Assembly (NCBI GenBank): GCA_041082215.1
Contig: JBDOIF010000049.1
Span: forward strand, 56,186 to 76,185
Reading direction: 5' to 3'
Origin: Anaerolineae bacterium
GTDB lineage: Bacteria; Chloroflexota; Anaerolineae; B4-G1; DUEL01
Length of the DNA stretch: 20,000 nt
Part shown: positions 1-6,371 of the stretch, in pieces
Position numbering within the stretch: the first letter of the stretch is position 1
Layout of the letters: every line of letters starts with the position of its first letter
Translations under genes and position numbers: made by a program
The notes under the pieces: model-generated
What the model was told of the DNA's origin: nothing
The model's database searches: none
The model's input: the letters and a program-made list of their open reading frames with translations, nothing else

Positions 1-2
1 GG

Positions 3-425
3 GCAACGAAGATCCTCACCGCCGAAATCTCCGGCATCGCCCCGGCGCTGGCCGCCGGGTTCGCCCTGGGCGTACCGGTGGTCTTTGCCCGCAAGACCAA
101 GCCGATCACGATGATGGAGCCGGTCTACGTCGAAAGCGCCCCCTCCCACACCAAGGGGCTGGAGGTATTGCTGATGGCCTCCCCGGAATACCTCCACGCC
201 GACGATCGGGTGCTCATCGTGGACGACTTCCTCGCCACCGGCCACACCATCGCCGCCCTGGTCCGCCTGGTCCAGAAGGCCGGCGCAGAGCTGGTGGGCA
301 TCGGCGTCCTCATCGAAAAACAGTTCGAAGGGGGGCGACAGGTGCTGGCGAACCTGAACGTCCCCATCGAGTCGCTGGTCACCATCGCCGAGATGAGGGA
401 TGGCCAGATCATCCTGGCCGAATAA
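3..425 (+). CDS. xpt: Xanthine phosphoribosyltransferase, 5'-truncated by the window edge
   Basis: The frame is open from the window start ([16 protein letters not shown]...[11 protein letters not shown]). It has the PRPP-binding motif [11 protein letters not shown] and the C-terminal IEKQFEGGR typical of Xpt, and lies directly upstream of guaA. Confidence 0.88.
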   Translation, partial: ATKILTAEISGIAPALAAGFALGVPVVFARKTKPITMMEPVYVESAPSHTKGLEVLLMASPEYLHADDRVLIVDDFLATGHTIAALVRLVQKAGAELVGIGVLIEKQFEGGRQVLANLNVPIESLVTIAEMRDGQIILAE

Positions 426-442
426 AGCCGCCAGCAACCAGC

Positions 443-1984
443 ATGCACGACGCCATAGCCATCCTCGACTACGGATCACAGACCACTCAGCTCATCGCCC
501 GACGGCTGCGGGAAGCCCACGTCTACTGCGAGCTTTTCCCGTGGGACGCTCCACCCGAACAGGTGCTGGCCCTCCGGCCCAGGGGGTTCATCCTCTCCGG
601 CGGTCCGGCCAGCGTCTATGAGCCGGACGCCCCCACCCTCCCCCCCTACATCCTGGAAAGCGGCCTTCCGGTCCTGGGCATCTGCTACGGGATGCAGCTC
701 CTGGCCCAGGCGCTGGGCGGACGGGTGACGCGCACCCCCCGGCAGGAGTACGGCCCGGCAGAGCTGGAACGGCTGACCGAAGAGGAGCTGCTGGCTCCCT
801 TCCAGGCCGAACCCCGGGTCTGGATGAGCCACGGCGACCGGGTGGAGCGGTTGCCGTCCGGCTTCCGCCTCCTGGCCCGCACCGCCAACACCCCCATTGC
901 GGCGATGGGCGATCCCCGCCGACACCTCTACGGCGTCCAGTTCCACCCCGAAGTGGCCCACACCCCCGCCGGCCGGGAGTTCCTCCACCGCTTCGCCCTC
1001 CAGCTCTGCGGCTGCCGGCCCACCTGGACCCCCGCCGCATTCATCGGGGAGGCGGTGGACCGGATCCGGGAGCTGGTGGGAGAGGAAAGGGTGATCTGCG
1101 GCCTCAGCGGCGGGGTGGACTCCGCTGTCACCGCCACGCTGGTCCATCGGGCAGTGGGGGACCGGCTGACCTGCGTGTTCGTCAATACCGGCCTGATGCG
1201 GCGGGGAGAGCCGGAACAGGTGGTCCATACCTTCCGCGACCGTTTGGGGATGCGGCTGGTGACGGTGGACGCCACCGAGGCGTTCCTTTCCGCCCTGGAA
1301 GGAGTGACCGACCCGGAGGAGAAACGGAGGATCATCGGCGAGCTGTTCGTGCGGCTCTTCGAACGGGAGGCGGAGCGGCTGGGAAAGGCGGAGTTCCTGG
1401 CCCAGGGCACTCTGTATCCGGATGTGATCGAGTCGGCTGCGCCAGACCGGCCGGGCGCCCGCCGGATCAAGACCCACCATAACGTCGGTGGGCTGCCGGA
1501 GCGGATGCGGCTGCGGCTGGTGGAGCCGCTGCGGTATCTTTTTAAAGATGAGGTGCGGGCAGTGGGAGAGGCGCTGGGGCTTCCCGCGGAGATCGTCTGG
1601 CGGCAGCCCTTTCCCGGGCCGGGCCTGGCCGTGCGGGTGGTCGGCGAGGTGACCTGGGAGCGGCTGGAGCGGCTACGGGCCGCCGACGCGATCCTGCTGG
1701 AGGAGCTGGACCGGGCAGGCCTGCTGCGGGGAGCGACCCAGCAGGCCTTCGCCGTGCTCCTGCCGGTGCGGAGCGTCGGAGTGATGGGGGACGGGCGGAC
1801 GTATCAGGAGGTGGTGGCGCTGCGGGTGGTGACCACCGAGGACTTCATGACCGCCGACTGGGCGCGGCTGGACCCGGAACTGCTGGCCCGCATCGGGAAC
1901 CGCATTGTCAACGAGGTGAAGGGGATCAACCGGGTGGTCTACGACATCACCCCCAAACCCCCGGCGACGATCGAGTGGGAATAG
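443..1984 (+). CDS. guaA: GMP synthase (glutamine-hydrolysing)
   Basis: GATase motifs ILDYGSQ, ILSGGP, GICYGMQ and QFHPEV; PP-loop [19 protein letters not shown]-terminus KPPATIEWE. Confidence 0.98.
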   Translation: MHDAIAILDYGSQTTQLIARRLREAHVYCELFPWDAPPEQVLALRPRGFILSGGPASVYEPDAPTLPPYILESGLPVLGICYGMQLLAQALGGRVTRTPRQEYGPAELERLTEEELLAPFQAEPRVWMSHGDRVERLPSGFRLLARTANTPIAAMGDPRRHLYGVQFHPEVAHTPAGREFLHRFALQLCGCRPTWTPAAFIGEAVDRIRELVGEERVICGLSGGVDSAVTATLVHRAVGDRLTCVFVNTGLMRRGEPEQVVHTFRDRLGMRLVTVDATEAFLSALEGVTDPEEKRRIIGELFVRLFEREAERLGKAEFLAQGTLYPDVIESAAPDRPGARRIKTHHNVGGLPERMRLRLVEPLRYLFKDEVRAVGEALGLPAEIVWRQPFPGPGLAVRVVGEVTWERLERLRAADAILLEELDRAGLLRGATQQAFAVLLPVRSVGVMGDGRTYQEVVALRVVTTEDFMTADWARLDPELLARIGNRIVNEVKGINRVVYDITPKPPATIEWE

Positions 1985-1986
1985 CC

Positions 1987-2015
1987 TTGACCTCCATTCA
2001 AAACAGCGGTAGAAT
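1987..2015 (+). promoter_or_regulatory. Sigma70-type promoter for the FmdB-type gene
   Basis: TTGACC (1987-1992), 17 bp spacer, TAGAAT (2010-2015). It starts just after the guaA stop and is followed by SD GAGGTG and ATG 2034. Confidence 0.7.
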
Positions 2016-2033
2016 GGGGGCCGAGGTGGTACG

Positions 2034-2267
2034 ATGCCGCTCTACGAATACATCTGCCAGGAATGCAAGACCCGCTTTGACGCGCTACGGCCGATGGCCC
2101 AGGCCGATGCCCCCATCGCCTGCCCTGAATGCGGAAGCAACAACACAAGCCGGGCCATCTCCCTCTTTGCAGCTATCGGTAGCGAGGGGGTGATCGCCGG
2201 AGGAGGCTCTTCCTGCGGTTCCTGTACCCCCTCCGGCGCCTGCGCCACCTGCGCCGCCAAACGGTAG
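2034..2267 (+). CDS. FmdB-family zinc-ribbon regulatory protein with a Cys-rich tail
   Basis: MPLYEYICQEC...FD...CPECGS signature, plus C-terminal CGSC...CATC. SD GAGGTG upstream. Confidence 0.9.
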   Translation: MPLYEYICQECKTRFDALRPMAQADAPIACPECGSNNTSRAISLFAAIGSEGVIAGGGSSCGSCTPSGACATCAAKR

Positions 2268-2330
2268 CAAACCACAGAGAACACGGAATTCCCCACAAGA
2301 TTGGGGGGTTTCCCGTAATTGCTTACCCCC

Positions 2331-2427
2331 ACAGCGCAGGCCACACCCGTTTTTCGCAGGCTAACAGCCTGCGCCACGTAGCGCAGGCCGCCAGGCCTGT
2401 TTCGCACAGGCTAACAGCCTGCACTAC
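2331..2427. repeat. Tandem GTAG-tagged REP doublets (BIME/REPIN-like), copy 1
   Basis: The full unit 2378-2427 is GTAG-CG-CAGGCC-GCCA-GGCCTG-TTTCGCA-CAGGCT-AAC-AGCCTG-CA-CTAC. A degenerate unit at 2331-2377 precedes it. It lies between convergent genes. Confidence 0.8.
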
Positions 2428-2447
2428 GTAACACAGGATGCCAGCTC

Positions 2448-3119
2448 TTAGCGATGGTGGCGAAGCTTAAGGCCCAGCCACCCAACCCCGATCAGGATCA
2501 GGACGCCGCCAATCCAGATCGCCGGCGTTCCCCTCCCGCCGGACTCAGGGAGCAGGCCGGGCACGGTGACGGTCTCCTGCACCGGTATCTCGCCGGTCTG
2601 ATCGGACCCTACTACAGCGACGTTTTCGATCCGCGTGCCCGGAGGGACATCGGGCCGTACACGGACAGTGATGGTGAGCGTGGCCGAGTAGCCGGCCCCC
2701 AAAGTGCCTATCGTCGCAACCACCCGGTTCCCCTCGACCGTTACCTCTCCCTGAGTGACGACAGCATCCAGCACCTCCAGCTCCGCCGGCACGCCGTCCA
2801 CGATCGTCACGCCCGTCGCTGCCTGTGGCCCCCTGTTCTCCACCACGATGGAGAAGACCACCGTCCCTCCCGGACTGACCAGCGTCCTGTCCGCCTCCTT
2901 GCTCACCCGCAGCTCAACCCCTCCAGGGGGAGGAGAGGGCGTCAGGCCAGGCGGCGTCGAGGTAGGGGTCGGGGTAAAGGTGGAAGTTGCGGTAGGGGTG
3001 TCGGTCGGCGTCATGCCAGCCAGCACCCGGGCCCCGGAAGGCTGCCCTCCCCCCCAGGCCAGCACAAGCAACAACCCCAGGACCAGGGAAACCACGCCCC
3101 AAACGATCTCTTTTCTCAT
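2448..3119 (-). CDS. Surface protein: signal peptide, Pro/Thr linker, DUF11 Ig-like domain, LPESG sortase-type signal, TM helix and basic tail
   Basis: Hydrophobic N-terminus; TPTDTPTATSTFTPTPT linker; DUF11-like LRVSKEADRTLVSPGGTVVFSIVVENRGP...VTIVDGVP; C-terminus LPESGG...IWIGGVLILIGVGWLGL-KLRHHR. SD AAGGAGG. Confidence 0.85.
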   Translation of the reverse strand: MRKEIVWGVVSLVLGLLLVLAWGGGQPSGARVLAGMTPTDTPTATSTFTPTPTSTPPGLTPSPPPGGVELRVSKEADRTLVSPGGTVVFSIVVENRGPQAATGVTIVDGVPAELEVLDAVVTQGEVTVEGNRVVATIGTLGAGYSATLTITVRVRPDVPPGTRIENVAVVGSDQTGEIPVQETVTVPGLLPESGGRGTPAIWIGGVLILIGVGWLGLKLRHHR

Positions 3120-3301
3120 CGGCCCTCCTTTTACCGGCCTCTCTCTTTTCCGAAGCCAGGTAACTGCCTACCCCGGGGGTTAACCGCTCCGCCTGCCCTC
3201 ACCCCACCCTCGCCCGCCTGCGGCGGGCGCCCCCTCCCGGTAGTTACGAGGCAAGTTCCTTTCACCATCATCGAATTCAAAGGATACTCAAGGCAAATCC
3301 T

Positions 3302-3330
3302 ATTGTAGAACATTCCGCCTATTTTCACAA
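3302..3330 (-). promoter_or_regulatory. Putative sigma70 promoter for the DUF11/LPESG gene
   Basis: On the minus strand: TTGTGA (3330-3325), 17 bp spacer, TACAAT (3307-3302), in a locally AT-rich patch. Confidence 0.5.
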
Positions 3331-3353
3331 CCGACCGACAGGCGTGCCCCCCA

Positions 3354-6266
3354 TCACGGCTCCCGCCGGACCAGGGGGAGATAGACCTGCGCCGCCCACG
3401 GCTCAAGGGTCCGGTTCAGCCGGAGGGCAGGGTCCCCCAACAGGCTGAAGGTGTCCAGAAGATCGAGGTTCTGACCGCTCGAGGCCAGGTTCAGCTTTCC
3501 CGCCAGGGTCGCCTCGCCGACCGTGGTGACCGTATCGGAGAAGACGGCCCGGAAGAAGCCATCGGAGAGGCGGCTGTGGCCGGTGCTCGACCCCAACCCC
3601 GTCGGCCCCCAGGCGGCCACTGCACCCGCATCCGGACGGGTGACCAGCGCCTCGTCCAGCGTCGGCTCCGGGCGGTGGAACGCGCCGGTAAAGCAGGTCA
3701 TCTCCGCCAGAACCGGGTAGCGCTGGCTGTTGCGGAGTAAGGGGAGGTCGTCCAGGTGAAAGAGCCGCTCCCTCGCCCACTGCTGCCAGGAGGAGTGGCC
3801 GGTGAACTGGGTCAGCAGCGCCCCGCTGTTCCAGTCGGAAAGGAGCGCGGTATGGAGGGCAGCAGCCTCCTCCGGCGAGCAGTCATCCTTATACCGCTCG
3901 ACGCCCGCACAGTAGCGCCGGGCGACGGTGAACGGATCGGCCACGTAAACGGCAGCGTGGTCATCGGACTCTTTGGGAAAGTCGCCGGCATAGTCCGCAT
4001 CGTCGGCTGCCAGGAGCACCCTGGCGTTCCAGCCGCCGGGAAGCGGATCGGTTTCGTAGGCGACGGTCTTGGCGACCATCGCTGCCGCCTGCTCCGGCGA
4101 GTCCACCGGCAGCCGCCCCAGGAGCAGGTCGGGCAGGTTGTCGTCGCCGTCCACACAGACGTACCGGTTATCGGCGGCGGCCTCCCCACCCGCGGGGTCC
4201 ACTTCTGCCAGGTAGGGCGGGATGAAGGTGGGGGGCGAGATCGGGAGATAGCGCCGGGGGTCGTAGGAGCCGTCGCCGACCAGAAGGACGAAGGTCGGAC
4301 GGGGGTCCCAGGTGGCGTAGGCGTCGGCGATGAAGGCGCGGATGGCCTCCGGATCGGGCCGGCCATCGCCGTAGGCGTCGTAGACGCCCAGGACGTTGAC
4401 CATAGCGACCGACAGGCCCTGGGACCGGCGCAGCTCTATCAGCGGGCCGAGGGCGTCGGCAAAGGCGGGGTGGGCGATGATGAGGTAATCGGCGCCGGTC
4501 GCGCCGCCGGCGGTGTGGAAGCCCCACAGGTCCTCTGCAGCCCGCACCCGGCGGGGGGAACGGATACCGCTCCCGGCCGCCACGACATAACGGCGCGGGC
4601 CGCCCCCGGGCGGGTCGCCCAGCGTGATCGAGTGTCCGTTCTCCTGGAATCCGCTCAGCCGTACGGGATGGAGTGGGTCGGTGACGTCGTAGGCCCGGTA
4701 GGGGCCGGAGGGGGCCAGGGCGACAGTGTAAGCCCTTCGCTCAGCCGCCCCGGCAAAGCTTACAGACCCCCCCACCAGTGCGGTGGAGCGGGCATAGCGG
4801 ACGGCGAACGCATCCAGCCACACCCCTTCCACATTCACGCCGGGAATGCCGGGGAGGGTGAGGGTGAGGAGGTTGGACGCCGTCAGGAGGCCCGGCGGTA
4901 AGGAGAACGTAGCAGTAAACGCCGTTTTGCCGTCCCACTCCACCAGGCCCAGGGAAGTCGTATTGACCACCACCTCCACCCGATGGTCCGGATTGGCCGT
5001 CATAACGGACGTGTAGCCGATGAACCGGAGTGTAAGCTGGGTGGCAGCAGCAGCCTCCACGGCGGGGAGCTGAAAGGGGAAGGAGCGGACGGGACTGCCG
5101 GGGCGCTTCAGCTCTTCCCAGACCCACCGGTCGCCATTCCACCCCGACGGGAGCGGGCCACAGAAACAGTTGGGAGTGTAGATGTGGTTTTCCTCGAAGG
5201 TCTGCTCGACCCAGGGAGCACTGGAGGGAAGGCCAGCGGGGTCGGCAGAGCGCGAGGCCATCCGCTGCCCTGCCGCCTCGCCGACCACCAGCCGGTAGGC
5301 GTCCACACCGGTCCATCGGCTGAAGCGGGGTTCGGCGTAGAAGAGGAGCGACTCGCCCGGCTCGAAGAGGGCGTCGCCATCCCCTTCCCACTCACAGGCC
5401 ACCTCATCGTCGCCGCGGAAGAGGCGGAGGTAGCGGGGATCGGCGGCCCCGAAGCCCATCGCCGCCAGATCATCGTAACCCACACGGTAGAGTCCAGGCT
5501 GGTCCACCTCCAGGAAGGCGGCGATGCCTCCACCGGAAGAGGACGCGGGATGGAGCGACGGGGGGGCCGGGAGGGCGTCCCGGGGGTTGAGGACGGCGCG
5601 GCGGACGATTTCCTCGACCCACCCCCTGTCCCCTCCCGGGGTAGCGGTGAAGCCGCTGGAGGTGGGGCGAGGAACAAACTCCACCTCTGCCCGGACGCGG
5701 CGGTAGACGCGCAGGCGGTCCCCGTCGGGGAGGGCCGGATAGAAGACGACGCGGGCCAGACGGACGCCACGGAGAACCCCCAGGTCCTCCAGGACGACGG
5801 GCGCGGAGGGGGCCGGAAGGGGGTCGGCAGGAGCAAAGGCCGGGCCGATGGGGTGGCCTGTCTCATCCCACAAGGCCCCTTCAGGCTGCGGGGCGAGGGG
5901 GAGAGAGCCGGGGAGCGGGACAGTCGTTGCCTCGGCCCAGAGGAGGCGGAGGGAGGGGGTCGTTCCAGGGGGCACGGCGATAAGAGTGGAAGCGAAGGGG
6001 AGGCGCGGCAGGCCGGGACGGTCGGTCGGGGGCCAGTCCCCTGCAGTCACAGCGACGGTTCCGTTCCCCAGAGCTGTTACCTGCACAGGCGGCGCTGCCC
6101 ATTCCAGCACCAGCCGGCCAGCATCGGCGCGAAGCAGCCGCAGCCCCGGCTCCGGAGGGGACGGGGCGGCGGTGGAGAAGCCGGTTTCGCTGGCGACGAC
6201 GAGCAAGAGGGCGAGAACTGTGGCGTGTAGAAGCCGCCGCCCCTTTTTTTGAACCAGCCCGGCCAT
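3354..6266 (-). CDS. Secreted C25-family (gingipain/PorU-like) cysteine peptidase with a YLPLV C-terminal tail
   Basis: Signal-like N-terminus; propeptide-like PGLPRLP...IAVPPG and LRGVRLARVVFYP; PorU-like VDQPGLYRV and LLFYAE; C25 core DYLIIAH, VYDAYGDG, FVLLVGD, LLGRLP; catalytic His in FTGHSS and Cys in MTCFTG; LLGDPAL; ends VYLPLVRREP. The start is uncertain (ATG 6266 or 6293; the GTG at 6305 is at the edge of a REP). Confidence 0.88.
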   Translation of the reverse strand: MAGLVQKKGRRLLHATVLALLLVVASETGFSTAAPSPPEPGLRLLRADAGRLVLEWAAPPVQVTALGNGTVAVTAGDWPPTDRPGLPRLPFASTLIAVPPGTTPSLRLLWAEATTVPLPGSLPLAPQPEGALWDETGHPIGPAFAPADPLPAPSAPVVLEDLGVLRGVRLARVVFYPALPDGDRLRVYRRVRAEVEFVPRPTSSGFTATPGGDRGWVEEIVRRAVLNPRDALPAPPSLHPASSSGGGIAAFLEVDQPGLYRVGYDDLAAMGFGAADPRYLRLFRGDDEVACEWEGDGDALFEPGESLLFYAEPRFSRWTGVDAYRLVVGEAAGQRMASRSADPAGLPSSAPWVEQTFEENHIYTPNCFCGPLPSGWNGDRWVWEELKRPGSPVRSFPFQLPAVEAAAATQLTLRFIGYTSVMTANPDHRVEVVVNTTSLGLVEWDGKTAFTATFSLPPGLLTASNLLTLTLPGIPGVNVEGVWLDAFAVRYARSTALVGGSVSFAGAAERRAYTVALAPSGPYRAYDVTDPLHPVRLSGFQENGHSITLGDPPGGGPRRYVVAAGSGIRSPRRVRAAEDLWGFHTAGGATGADYLIIAHPAFADALGPLIELRRSQGLSVAMVNVLGVYDAYGDGRPDPEAIRAFIADAYATWDPRPTFVLLVGDGSYDPRRYLPISPPTFIPPYLAEVDPAGGEAAADNRYVCVDGDDNLPDLLLGRLPVDSPEQAAAMVAKTVAYETDPLPGGWNARVLLAADDADYAGDFPKESDDHAAVYVADPFTVARRYCAGVERYKDDCSPEEAAALHTALLSDWNSGALLTQFTGHSSWQQWARERLFHLDDLPLLRNSQRYPVLAEMTCFTGAFHRPEPTLDEALVTRPDAGAVAAWGPTGLGSSTGHSRLSDGFFRAVFSDTVTTVGEATLAGKLNLASSGQNLDLLDTFSLLGDPALRLNRTLEPWAAQVYLPLVRREP

Positions 6267-6304
6267 TACGAAGATAAAGCCAATCCCCGGCATTTGTAGT
6301 AGCA

Positions 6305-6350
6305 CGCAGGCTGACAGCCTGCATCACGTGGCGCAGGCCGCCAGGCCTGC
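6305..6350. repeat. REP element copy 2 (junction of two REP hairpins)
   Basis: CGCAGGCTGACAGCCTGCATCAC-GTGGCGCAGGCCGCCAGGCCTG closely matches 2355-2399. Confidence 0.78.
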
Positions 6351-6371
6351 TTCCAACGCGTCGCTTTGGGC

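Noticed and set aside
2331..2427. Possible mini CRISPR array
   Set aside because: The palindromic units abut with no unique 30-40 nt spacers, copies are dispersed in both orientations, and there are no cas genes. A REP family fits better.
3120..3260. c-di-GMP riboswitch upstream of the surface-protein gene
   Set aside because: The conserved GGCAAAC/GAAA/GACGCAAAGC core of class I and the class II signatures are not present. It is kept only as an unassigned structured leader.
6244..6250. A7 run near the 5' end of the C25 gene as a phase-variation tract
   Set aside because: Seven bases is short for slippage, and the run is explained by Gln-Lys-Lys codons in a signal-peptide n-region.
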